64,000 bases of DNA from Nitrospira sp. Its GTDB lineage: Bacteria; Nitrospirota; Nitrospiria; Nitrospirales; Nitrospiraceae. The translations under genes were made by a program, and so were the position numbers. The stretch spans positions 3,072,001-3,136,000 of the forward strand of contig AP038806.1 in assembly GCA_047150005.1 (NCBI GenBank). The letters run 5' to 3'. Positions 30,575 through 40,193 of this stretch are shown piece by piece (position 1 is the stretch's first letter; every line of letters starts with the position of its first letter). The notes beneath the pieces are model-generated. The model saw nothing but the letters and a program-made list of their open reading frames with translations. It was not told where the DNA came from and did not search any database.

Positions 30575-31690
30575 CTATTCAGATGCGGCTGAGCCCTGCT
30601 CCGGAATCCCCGCGGCTGCCACGTAGAGAGAGATCTCGCCGATGCCGTCGATGCCGTCGATGCCGAGCTCCTTTTCAATCTCCGTATCGAGCTTGGCGGA
30701 AGAGGTGAATGGCGCGAGACCAAGGTGAGTGCACACGAGATGAAACGTTTGGCCGAGGTGTCCGGCATCGAGCAGCAGGACGCGGTAGGCATGGTCGTGT
30801 TTGTACTTCCACATGCTGCGCTCCACCATGGCGGTCATAAAGAAGACGACCGGCGCGTTGCGAAACCATGGTTGTCCGGCCATGAGCCGCACAAGACGAT
30901 CCCGGGAAAGTGGAGCGTGTAAGTACTCAAGGGCATGTCGCCTGACCGAGTAATGGTAGAGACCGGCCGGAATACCTTCCACGTGACGAATGAGCGGGTA
31001 GACCTCGATCGGGTGCCTGGCTCCACCCGAAGGCGACGTCTTGAGGATGTAGGAGCCCACCGGGCTTTGAATCTCATGCGTGCGGCCCCACGTCCAGAAT
31101 AGCAGGGTGCCGAGTTGCTTCCGCGTCAATGGCCGGCGCGAAAACCGCCGGCGTGTCCGGCGCCGGCGTAGCACATCCCAAAATTCTCCCGCAGCACCAT
31201 CGCATGCATCAAGGCGCGTCAATGGCCGGCGTGGAAACTCCTTGTATGCTGATGGAGGCGGCACGCGTCCGGCATATTGTGCGAGGCTTCGTCGTTGGAC
31301 GGCGAGATCCGGCTCATAGGGAACTCGTTGCGTCACGAAGTGGAAAAACCGGCTACTAGGTCCCCACTCCCACGACTGCTCGAGATGAGCGTCCCGCCGT
31401 TCGGGTTCAGAGCCTTCAACCACCAGCAGTCCTTGCCGAAGCAGTCTCTGGAGAATCGTGTTTCCCTTTGGGAGGGCGGCGAACGCCCGCTGACAGACAC
31501 GGAGGGATATACCATTCTTGAGGGTCGTCAATACGTGGAGGACCGGCAACGATACCGTGGTTTGGGTCCGCGCAAGATAGTTCTCAAGCACGAACTCGTC
31601 GTTCCGCCAGTACCCGATAAGGCAACTCGCCCGCCGGATCCTCGGAGCGCGTAGTCTTGCGCCGTGCCGCCGATCCCCTAGGCGCAGCAA
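30575..31690 (-). CDS. SagB/ThcOx-family FMN dehydrogenase (nitroreductase fold) with N-terminal RRE-like domain
   Basis: RRRTRRRF, KTSPSGGARHPIEVY, GLYHY, WKY, AYR..LLDAGHLGQ; likely TTG start at 31690 with GGAG 6 nt upstream (the ORF track extends to 31750). Confidence 0.88.
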   Translation of the reverse strand: MLRLGDRRHGARLRAPRIRRASCLIGYWRNDEFVLENYLARTQTTVSLPVLHVLTTLKNGISLRVCQRAFAALPKGNTILQRLLRQGLLVVEGSEPERRDAHLEQSWEWGPSSRFFHFVTQRVPYEPDLAVQRRSLAQYAGRVPPPSAYKEFPRRPLTRLDACDGAAGEFWDVLRRRRTRRRFSRRPLTRKQLGTLLFWTWGRTHEIQSPVGSYILKTSPSGGARHPIEVYPLIRHVEGIPAGLYHYSVRRHALEYLHAPLSRDRLVRLMAGQPWFRNAPVVFFMTAMVERSMWKYKHDHAYRVLLLDAGHLGQTFHLVCTHLGLAPFTSSAKLDTEIEKELGIDGIDGIGEISLYVAAAGIPEQGSAASE

Positions 31691-31980
31691 GTATCGCTCC
31701 AGTAGGCGCAGCTTGCGACCGGGAGACGCGCCTTCCCAAGCGTGCCGCATCTGAAATCAATCTGGAACGGAACTTTTGGATTGAAACGGCCGCCTTTGGG
31801 CTTAAAGTTTCTCATCAGCTCGGCAAACTGCTCTTCGGTGAGATTGATGGAGATCTTTTGTTTTGCCGCCATCTTCTTGACCATCTTCGACGCCTGTTCG
31901 CCGGGGAGTTGTTTTCCTCCAGGCGCGGATTTGGAAGCCCGTTTCGTTGGTCTGGATGTCTTGCGTTTCCTTTGTGCCAT
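31678..31980 (-). CDS. putative RiPP precursor or small partner protein
   Basis: GGAGG RBS; basic N-terminus; C-terminal ASCAYWSDTCCA; overlaps the dehydrogenase start. Confidence 0.75.
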   Translation of the reverse strand: MAQRKRKTSRPTKRASKSAPGGKQLPGEQASKMVKKMAAKQKISINLTEEQFAELMRNFKPKGGRFNPKVPFQIDFRCGTLGKARLPVASCAYWSDTCCA

Positions 31981-32050
31981 GGTCTGCCTCCAGGTTATGA
32001 GATGTGTCGCGAGACGGAAGGGCTGCTATCGCGGCGTGAGGCACCCTCGT

Positions 32051-35000
32051 TCACAACGGTAGAAAGTATTGTAAGAGAGCCAGCGCGCCGAGTAGACTCG
32101 CAGTCACGGCCGGTTGTTGAAATATGTTGTTAAAAGCGCCGCGCCTGATATTTCTGACTTCGTCAATCATCAATTGAAGCTGGTCTGCACGATGAGTCTG
32201 GTCCTTTCCACGGCCCTTTTCAGAAATAAGAAGCTCATTCATCTCATGGATGGCAATAGTGCGAGCTTGTTCCGCAGCTCTTTTCAGCAAAAGCGCCGTT
32301 GCCAGAATGAGGAGCGCATTGAGCGTGAGGACGACGATGAGTGGCACCGGAAAATCCCAGTTATCGAAGTATCGATTTCTTGCCGAGAGGACAACCACAA
32401 AAACAATGAACGGATAGACAACCGTGCCTCCGATCACGCTGGTGCGGTCGGCGATGAACTGAATATCCAGCCATTGCGTTAACAACTGTGGTGGAACATT
32501 GAGGTGTTTTGCGTGCTTCTTCAGTGCGCCCCAAGGCCACTTTGTTGGATGGGCAGTAATATGTTCAATCAGCGCAATGCAGCGCCGAACAAGATCAAAA
32601 ACCCACAGACTCAGAAGCACGGAACAGACAATAGTGAGTATAAGTAGTCCTATATCCACCCTGCAGCTCACTGCTCCTCGACAAGGACGGAGCGGTGGCT
32701 CAACCTGTAGAAAGAGTAAGGACCCAAAAATAAGATAGGCCAAAAAAAGTAGGCCGATACGGCAAAAGGCATAACAAGGTTGCCCTGATAGAAGGTACTT
32801 CCTCCACGCAATCTTGGCGTTAACGGAAGGCTGGGGTGAAGGGATTGGTTTCGTGTTAACCCAGCGGTTCACCGAGCGCCACAACTTCATTTGAAACGGC
32901 CATGATTTCAGCTGCCCTAATGCCTGGCGGTACGAAGGGGATAAACCTGCCATCCGACCCGCGCTTTTCGTACCAGCAGGAAGGCTCTTCTCAGTGCCTG
33001 TGAGATATTTCACTCTGATGGCGTCACGATTCAGGCGTAAGTCGCCTGCTCCTTTGACAAAGAAGCTCACGGCCAATGCGATGCCAATCAATCGAATAAC
33101 TTCGGTTGGCCAAATGCTCACAGAGTCGGTTACAGAGAAAGGTTCTGCCTCATTCTTATCCAACAGCAGTAAGTACCGAACAAGCCGAACCAGCAGATAA
33201 GGTGCTAGAACAGTGACGAACGCGACAAGTGCAACGCGAAAAGACCGCTGACCTTTCGCCCATGCCTGCACCTTTTTCAGCAGTGAATCGACTCGGACCC
33301 ACAGTGGGCGGACCACAAGGACTAGGACTAATCCCAATGAGAGAGTCAGCATTGCCGCGACATCCAAGAAGCCGAAACGGTGATTCTTAATGGTGATACC
33401 GAAGGCCTGCCCTCCCCAGGTCATGGCTCTGGGCGCGACATTGGGGCGATCGGGATTAATGGGGAGAGCCTGAACCGCCGTACAGGTCGGCTTGCGATCG
33501 ACACTGATGTCGACAGGTCCCCGCCGACCGATCTCATAGAGTTTTGGCGCCGTATCTCTTGAGAAGGTCTTCGTACTATCCTTGAGCATCAAACACCCGT
33601 TACCATCTTTATCTTGCAACCAGCCGACAGCCTGGAGCGTGCTCAAATAGAGCGCAGTTTGGTATCCATCACGAAATGGAGCAATGCTGACATGCAATTG
33701 CTGACTCCACTGGTTACTGAGTTGAACGTCATAGTGTGACGCAACCAAGAGATTGCGAGTCCATTCAAATTCGCTTTCATGCCACAGTCGAGCATCGAGA
33801 TCCGTCGTAAAGAAGATGGCATTGGGTAGCCGCCTGCGGAGTGCCTGTAGCAACAACAGCTTGTCATACACGTCTGAACCGAGGATGCCGATGGCCCTAA
33901 ACGTCGACTTCCCCTCTTGAAAGTTGAGGTCATTGTCGGATTTAATTCTGTCGGCTAGACGTATCGCATAATCGAACTGGCTGGAACCTTCGGGACGTTC
34001 CTTTGTGCCGTTCTTGTAATTTGGCGATGAGGCATCTCTCCGGCCCGCCTGGAGCTCTTGGGATTGTTTCTTTTCCTTGCGCTCATCCCCCAGAACTTCG
34101 CCATCGAGTCCATTGAGATATGTGTAGGTGACGACTGAGCATGGCCAGTTGTGGGGACCATTTTGTATGTGTGTGAATGCAGCCTCAAAATCGCGTGCAT
34201 ACCCCTTTCTGACGGAGAGAGAGGCCGCAAAAGTCGCCGGCAATACTCTCCCATATAAGGTATCTGCCTCGGAGATGAGCGCGATGGTGTCCATAGACCG
34301 TGTGCATTCAGCTGGAGCGTAAGAACTGTCCGGGTTAAGTCCAACAAAGTCTCGATTTGCCAGCTCAGCAAGCAGTGCATCTGCGAGGACATGATCTGAG
34401 CCGACGGTACGTATGAAAGTCATGCCTCGTTTTTTGAGCGAGGCGTCGGGCGTCGTGAGTTGCTGCAATTCTTGGCAGCGAAGCGATGCCTGGCCCAACG
34501 ATTCAAAATGAAAGATGCGCGGATGGGTAGTCGCACGATATGAGAACAGTGTCATCCCATTGAGAGCGCTCCATTCCAGATCTGGATCACACGCTGCTTG
34601 TTCGTGCATCCCAAAAAGAGTCGTGGTAGTTCTTGGACCGATGAGTTTGAGGTTGAGGTTGGCCGGATCGAGCCCTTGACGAATTGCTCGCTGAACTTGG
34701 ATCATCGTTGCAAAATCGGATTCCGGCACCCAAACGACGAGCACATTTTCAACGGAGTCGTGATTCCTGCCTGTATGCACATTCCGATACAGTTCATAGG
34801 GTACGAGTGTCATGCCCGCGACAAAATAGCCAATGGTCGTGCTGTCGTCGGGAGTGAACCCGGCGGTATTTAGCGCAACGCTAACTGTGTATCGGACGCG
34901 CAGCCGCTGTTCGGCGTCTTCGGCGTTCGGACTCCTCTCTAGCATCACAAGGAGCACCGTAGCCTTTTCTACACCAAAATGGCCTGGCCGTACGCGTATC

Positions 35001-35257
35001 CTGTCTTCCAATTCTTGAAGCGCCCAGGGGTCTTCTATCTTCTCCAAGCGCTTCGTGTGCTCCTCGATCACCGCAAAAGGATCCTGCCACAAACGTGCGG
35101 GTACTCGTGCCTGTAATGAATCCGGCGGCAACGTGGGGCCCTGATCCGGTCGACTGCTCTTCAACGGTGATTGACTGAGCCATATCCCCCCGAGCGCGAG
35201 CATGACCGCGATGAGACTTGCTATTGGAAGCTGGGAATGTTCTTTTTCAGCCGGCAT
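32051..35257 (-). CDS. large hypothetical membrane protein (N-terminal anchor, big extracytoplasmic alpha/beta region, multi-TM C-terminus)
   Basis: 1068 aa; ARLWQDPF, AIGILGSDVYDKLLLLQALR, FFTTDLDARL; several C-terminal hydrophobic helices. Confidence 0.85.
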   Translation of the reverse strand: MPAEKEHSQLPIASLIAVMLALGGIWLSQSPLKSSRPDQGPTLPPDSLQARVPARLWQDPFAVIEEHTKRLEKIEDPWALQELEDRIRVRPGHFGVEKATVLLVMLERSPNAEDAEQRLRVRYTVSVALNTAGFTPDDSTTIGYFVAGMTLVPYELYRNVHTGRNHDSVENVLVVWVPESDFATMIQVQRAIRQGLDPANLNLKLIGPRTTTTLFGMHEQAACDPDLEWSALNGMTLFSYRATTHPRIFHFESLGQASLRCQELQQLTTPDASLKKRGMTFIRTVGSDHVLADALLAELANRDFVGLNPDSSYAPAECTRSMDTIALISEADTLYGRVLPATFAASLSVRKGYARDFEAAFTHIQNGPHNWPCSVVTYTYLNGLDGEVLGDERKEKKQSQELQAGRRDASSPNYKNGTKERPEGSSQFDYAIRLADRIKSDNDLNFQEGKSTFRAIGILGSDVYDKLLLLQALRRRLPNAIFFTTDLDARLWHESEFEWTRNLLVASHYDVQLSNQWSQQLHVSIAPFRDGYQTALYLSTLQAVGWLQDKDGNGCLMLKDSTKTFSRDTAPKLYEIGRRGPVDISVDRKPTCTAVQALPINPDRPNVAPRAMTWGGQAFGITIKNHRFGFLDVAAMLTLSLGLVLVLVVRPLWVRVDSLLKKVQAWAKGQRSFRVALVAFVTVLAPYLLVRLVRYLLLLDKNEAEPFSVTDSVSIWPTEVIRLIGIALAVSFFVKGAGDLRLNRDAIRVKYLTGTEKSLPAGTKSAGRMAGLSPSYRQALGQLKSWPFQMKLWRSVNRWVNTKPIPSPQPSVNAKIAWRKYLLSGQPCYAFCRIGLLFLAYLIFGSLLFLQVEPPLRPCRGAVSCRVDIGLLILTIVCSVLLSLWVFDLVRRCIALIEHITAHPTKWPWGALKKHAKHLNVPPQLLTQWLDIQFIADRTSVIGGTVVYPFIVFVVVLSARNRYFDNWDFPVPLIVVLTLNALLILATALLLKRAAEQARTIAIHEMNELLISEKGRGKDQTHRADQLQLMIDEVRNIRRGAFNNIFQQPAVTASLLGALALLQYFLPL

Positions 35258-35300
35258 AACGGCGTCTAAAATGGTCGGTGCGTAGCGCGAGCTTTGAACG

Positions 35301-35507
35301 CTACAAAGCGCAATCGTTTACAGTGGTGAATCCGGCGGCCATCTTTCTTAGGCGCCCTAGTATTCGCGATCGACACTCCTCACCGATCGCGTCGTCCCAC
35401 TTGGCGTCGCAAACGCCTGTTTCTTGAGCCAAGACGCCGGGAACGCTGATGGCGATGAATGAAGGTGCAAACGACGCTAGTACTGTGAGCCAGATGCGCA
35501 GGCGCAT
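35301..35507 (-). CDS. small secreted hypothetical protein or gene fragment
   Basis: AGGAG RBS, signal peptide ending VLA-Q, 3 Cys. Confidence 0.45.
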   Translation of the reverse strand: MRLRIWLTVLASFAPSFIAISVPGVLAQETGVCDAKWDDAIGEECRSRILGRLRKMAAGFTTVNDCAL

Positions 35508-35932
35508 TGAAGCTCCTACGTGAATCGGACTAAGTACACTCCTCTCATAGCAGCAAACATTGAGCCATAGTGGTGTATCGTTATTTCCGCCAAACAGGCA
35601 GGTTGACAGTGTGGTGCTGAATCTATTTTGTCTGCAACAGGATCATATTGGATTCACTCTTCACGCCCTGCGGAAGGAGAAAGATTCACGGGCGACCTTT
35701 GCCATTTGTCTCTGGATCTCTCTGCTGGATCTCTCTGAATAGCAGACCGCGTCTAGAACGACCTCAATAGTTCTTTTCACGATCATCTCCGCAACCACAT
35801 TCCCCTCAGTCAACAGCGCGTGGCATCAAAGTTGATGAGTGCTTCTCATGGTTTTGGGGAGAAGCACGCAGCATAGGTTTGTTCATTCGCCTGCCGTTTA
35901 GAAAATCGCTGCTGAAACGGGAAGGAGGACGT

Positions 35933-37870
35933 ATGCCGGTCGTCAATTTTGCAAGAGCCAGGAACGCCCGTGATTTTCGGACCTTCGATGTACGGACGGA
36001 CGATACCGATGGGCGCGACTACATCTTCGAACCGAGCCTCACATTGCTCCCCCCGGAAAAGCGTCCCCTGCGGGGAATCCCCGTGCTGGATCAAGGAGAA
36101 GAAGGAGCCTGCGTAGGCTTCGCGCTGGCCACCGTGATCAATGTCAGCATGCGCCAACGATTGCAGCACGGCCAAAAATTCGACCCGGTGAGCGCACGGA
36201 TGCTCTATGAAATCGCCAAACGCTACGATGAGTGGAAAGGCGAGCATTACGATGGAACCAGTCTGCGCGGCGCGATGAAAGGATGGCACCATCACGGTGT
36301 CGCTTCCGAGGGAGCCTGGACCTCAAAGGGGAGATACAACCAAAGGAAGGGCCTCTGGATTGTCGATCGTGCCTTCACGATCGAGCGGGAGGAAGAGGCC
36401 AAGAAGCGTCCGATCGGGGCGTATTATCGAGTGATCGACAGCGATGTGGGCCACTTGCAAGCCGCGATCTTGGAAGGCGATGCCGTCTTGGCATCGGCTT
36501 GGGTCCACGATGGGTGGGATGCGCGGATTCTCGCAAAGTCGAAGGGAAGAGGATATCCGGCCATTCCGTTCAACAGACGTGCGAGGGGCTTGCATGCCTT
36601 CGCGATCGTGGGATACAGGGCCGATGGATTCATCATCCAGAATTCATGGGGAAGCAAATGGGGGAAGAGCGGGTTGGCGCTCTTGCACTATGACGACTGG
36701 ATGGAGCATCGGCAGGATGCGTGGGTCGCCAGGCCCGGCCCTGAGACACTCGACCACAACAAGAAGCCGACCATCTTCGTCGTCGCATTCAGCGGCATGC
36801 CTGCGACTCCAGGCAAAGATGCGAGTGTCAGAAGTTCAGGCAATGGATTGGATCTGAAGAACCCTGATGTGCTGTCGTACATGATCAACACGGATGACAG
36901 AGGAGCGCTGTCGGACAGCGGCGCGCTCACGACAAGTCCATTGCAATTGCCGGCCATGGCCGCCAAGGTCCTCTCCTCACCGGTATTATCTGACGGCTAT
37001 CACCATGTGATGTTGTACGCCCATGGTGGTTTGAATTCAGAAACGGACGCCGCCGGTGTGGCGGATCGATTGTGGGGCCTGGCGCAAGGTCAGGGCTTGT
37101 GCCCGTTCTTCTTTGTGTGGGAGAGCAGTTGGGATGAATCTCTGTTGGGGTATTTCAAGAGTGAGGACGATCAAAGAGGACCGGCTGGATTCAGCCTGAG
37201 CGATGCCTGGGACAAGTTCAAAGACAAACTCGGGAAGGCCGTTGAAGGCGGGCAAAGATGGATAGGAGAACAATTGGCGCCCACTGTCCGCACGGCGTTC
37301 TGGAATGAAATGAAGGGACGGTGCCAGGGAGCGTCACGCCCGAAAGGCGGTGCGGCACTGTTCTTAAATGAGTTATATGCGGCGATAGGGACGACCCCGA
37401 ACGAAAAGTACAAGATTCATTTGGTCGGGCATAGTGCGGGATCGATCTTTCATGGATTCTTGTACGAGCAAGCGCTGGAACCCGCGCTGCACAATCTGCC
37501 TAACGCAGAGTTGACATCGATTCACTTCCTTGCCCCCGCGATCACGGTAGATCGAGCCACGCAAGTGTTCAATTCAGGCGGGACAGCCGTTCCCCAAGCG
37601 CGATTTTTTGTCTATACGTTGTCCCCTCAAGCGGAAGAGTCGGACAGCATCACGATTTACCCCAGTTCCCTCCTGACCTATGTTGCGGACTGCTTGGAAA
37701 ACAGACAGTGGCGTGTCCCCGTGCTCGGCATCAGAAAGGATTTTCTCGCTGCTCCGGTGACGTTTGCGGTCGACGTTCCTGCGACGGAGTCGCATCGGCA
37801 TGGCGAATTTACCGATGCGGGTCATGAGACAGATGAGGTCATTGAAGCAATCGGGACACGTTTGTATTGA
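35933..37870 (+). CDS. papain-like (C1) cysteine peptidase fused to an alpha/beta hydrolase domain
   Basis: AAGGAGG RBS; DQGEEGACVGF, HAFAIVGY, IQNSWG; then YAHGGLN and GHSAG. Confidence 0.88.
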   Translation: MPVVNFARARNARDFRTFDVRTDDTDGRDYIFEPSLTLLPPEKRPLRGIPVLDQGEEGACVGFALATVINVSMRQRLQHGQKFDPVSARMLYEIAKRYDEWKGEHYDGTSLRGAMKGWHHHGVASEGAWTSKGRYNQRKGLWIVDRAFTIEREEEAKKRPIGAYYRVIDSDVGHLQAAILEGDAVLASAWVHDGWDARILAKSKGRGYPAIPFNRRARGLHAFAIVGYRADGFIIQNSWGSKWGKSGLALLHYDDWMEHRQDAWVARPGPETLDHNKKPTIFVVAFSGMPATPGKDASVRSSGNGLDLKNPDVLSYMINTDDRGALSDSGALTTSPLQLPAMAAKVLSSPVLSDGYHHVMLYAHGGLNSETDAAGVADRLWGLAQGQGLCPFFFVWESSWDESLLGYFKSEDDQRGPAGFSLSDAWDKFKDKLGKAVEGGQRWIGEQLAPTVRTAFWNEMKGRCQGASRPKGGAALFLNELYAAIGTTPNEKYKIHLVGHSAGSIFHGFLYEQALEPALHNLPNAELTSIHFLAPAITVDRATQVFNSGGTAVPQARFFVYTLSPQAEESDSITIYPSSLLTYVADCLENRQWRVPVLGIRKDFLAAPVTFAVDVPATESHRHGEFTDAGHETDEVIEAIGTRLY

Positions 37871-38320
37871 CCATGCGATATGCTGTTTAAACCCTGAACA
37901 CGGAAGTTAAAGTCCGCGACGGCCAACACCTCTGCTGCTGTAAGGCAGCATCCTGGGAAGAAGGTTGAAGAGATTTATCCGGCGACGTCCATCGTGATAC
38001 ATCGATGAAGAGGCACCGGGACGAGCCCTGGGATTACGAATTCACCTGGCCGTACATGGTCTACACGTCTCGTTTGTCAGATGCTTCACGCGGGAATGGA
38101 ATCAGTTGAGAGATGGGCGACGAAAATCTTTGTTGCTCTGAAAGTGAGATCAGCCTATGCGTGTGATCTCAAGTGCCAGGGGAGCAGGATACGTCGAAGC
38201 AGCGGCCTGCTCTGGTTAAGAGTTATTTCGGAAGGGGACCAACGTCAAAACCAGAACTTCTCCCTTTGCTCGTGTCTCGTTGACTGGGAAGCTTACAGGC
38301 AGCCTACTCATTGTTTGACA

Positions 38321-39010
38321 TCATCTACCCAGCAGAAAGGGCACCAGTCCGTCTTGAGCCAATTCAGGCACCCGCTGTCTAGATGTTTCTGAGACTTCAA
38401 CCACAAGAATCACGGACTTCTTATCCTGTGAGGGTAGAATTGCCTTCAGGGTAGTGTCGATTGATTGAGGGTTTACTAGGTTGGTCTCGATTAATTGAGG
38501 GCTCTGTTCCGTGCTTGGATTTGATGCAGGTTTGTTGGCCTTCTTATCATCGTGGTTGGGTTTAGATTTTGTACCGCCCTTGCTGGGCTGATTCCGTACT
38601 TCAGCTCCCGCACTTAGGGATTTGTCAGGCTTGGCAAAGCCGATCCGCATTCCTAGCTCAAGTCCCTCCGCGTAGTCAATCCTGACCGAAACGGGGACAA
38701 GTACTAAACCTGATGTTGGTGGAGCGAATGGTTTGGCGACTGAGTTTTTCGTGGAAATAGGTTTGTCTTTTTCAATGGACTGGAGGGTGTATCTGCCCAA
38801 GACCGGTGAAACGGTTGGAAAAAAGGTGGGGACTCGTTCGGGAAGATAGTCGAGTGTGAGCTGCACATGTTCTTGATCGAGGCGCAATCCTGACGGTAGA
38901 TCACTTTTCGCGACTACATACCATTGAAGGTGGTTGGAATTAGAGCTCCTATGATCGCTGGCTTTCCATAAATTGAACAAAAGAGCACAGAAGAGAGATA
39001 GGGCTATAAA
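38321..39010 (-). pseudogene. SAF-domain (CpaB-like) protein, 3' part; interrupted by IS481
   Basis: VVAKSDLPSG..VLGRYTLQSIEKDKPI; first 6 codons (MRNLFI) lie at 40162-40179 across the IS. Confidence 0.75.
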
Positions 39011-39012
39011 AC

Positions 39013-40161
39013 TGTGGAAGCTAGAACTTAATCTGACAGTCAGCTAGAGTCCTCCCTCTTCACGAAAGGAGCGAGGACCATGACGACGGAACAAAAGATC
39101 ATTAAGACGAAAGTCGGCGTGCTGGAACTGGCGAAGCAGCTCGGCAATGTCTCCAAAGCCTGCCAGCTGATGGGGTATAGCCGCGATAGTTTCTATCGAT
39201 TCAAGGAATTCTACGAGACCGGCGGCGAGGCCGCGCTTCAAGAGATTTCGCGGCAGAAGCCGCTCCTCAAGAATCGGGTGGCACCCGAGGTGGAACAGGC
39301 CATCGTGCAGATCGCTATTGAGCAACCCGCGTGGGGACAAGCCCGCGTGGCGAATGAACTGCGCAAGCAGGCGCTGTCCATCTCCCCAGCGGGCGTGCGC
39401 TGTATCTGGCTCCGCCATGATCTCGCAACGATGCGGAAACGCTTAAAGGCACTGGAAGCGAAGGTAGCCCAAGCGGGACTGGTGCTTACCGAGGCCCAAG
39501 TCGTGGCGCTGGAGAAGGCGACGGCGGACAAAGAGGCCCACGGCGAATTTGAGAGCGAATGTCCCGGCTACTGCGGCGCGCAGGATACGTTCTACGTCGG
39601 CACCTTGAAGGGCGTCGGCCGCATCTACCAGCAAACCTTCATCGATACCTACAGCAAGGTGGGATTTGCGAAGCTGTACGACCGCAAGACGCCGGTGACG
39701 GCCGCGGAATTGCTCAATGATCGGGTCTTGCCGTTCTTCGAGCAGCATGCCATTCCGCTGAACCGTGTGCTCACGGATCGCGGCACGGAATACTGTGGAA
39801 CTCCGGAGCGCCATGAGTACGAACTCTATCTGGCCGTGGAGAACATCGATCATACGCGCACCAAGACGCGGCATCCCCAGACCAACGGGATCTGTGAACG
39901 GTTCCACAAGACCATGTTGAACGAGTTTTACCGCGTGGCGCTCCGCAAGAAGATCTATCGAACGCTGGAGGACCTCCAGGCTGACTTGGATGCGTGGATC
40001 CAGGAGTACAACGAGCAGCGCCCCCACCAAGGGCGCTGGTGCTATGGCAAGACACCGATGCAGACGTTTCTCGATAGTGTGCCACTGGCCAAGGAGAAAA
40101 TGTTAGCGGCCTAAACCCGGTGAGGACTCGCTGTCTGTCAGATGAAGTCGTGAGTTATACA
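39013..40161 (+). mobile_element. IS481-family insertion sequence
   Basis: TGT...ACA ends, 27-bp imperfect inverted repeats (19/27, sharing ATCTGACAG), flanking TATAAA(A)C and TATAAAC duplication. Confidence 0.9.
39080..40114 (+). CDS. IS481-family DDE transposase
   Basis: [46 protein letters not shown]. Confidence 0.95.
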   Translation: MTTEQKIIKTKVGVLELAKQLGNVSKACQLMGYSRDSFYRFKEFYETGGEAALQEISRQKPLLKNRVAPEVEQAIVQIAIEQPAWGQARVANELRKQALSISPAGVRCIWLRHDLATMRKRLKALEAKVAQAGLVLTEAQVVALEKATADKEAHGEFESECPGYCGAQDTFYVGTLKGVGRIYQQTFIDTYSKVGFAKLYDRKTPVTAAELLNDRVLPFFEQHAIPLNRVLTDRGTEYCGTPERHEYELYLAVENIDHTRTKTRHPQTNGICERFHKTMLNEFYRVALRKKIYRTLEDLQADLDAWIQEYNEQRPHQGRWCYGKTPMQTFLDSVPLAKEKMLAA

Positions 40162-40193
40162 TATAAACAGATTTCTCATGTCTCTGGACATTA

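Noticed and set aside
31691..31750. ATG 31750 as the dehydrogenase start
   Set aside because: It would overlap the peptide gene by 73 nt and has no evident RBS; TTG 31690 has GGAG at good spacing.
35821..35836. Sigma-54 promoter for the C1 peptidase (TGGCATCAAAGTTGAT)
   Set aside because: The -12 element reads GA instead of the conserved GC.
38321..39010. Tad/Flp pilus locus
   Set aside because: Only a SAF/CpaB-like domain is present; no pilin, ATPase, secretin or TadB/C seen.
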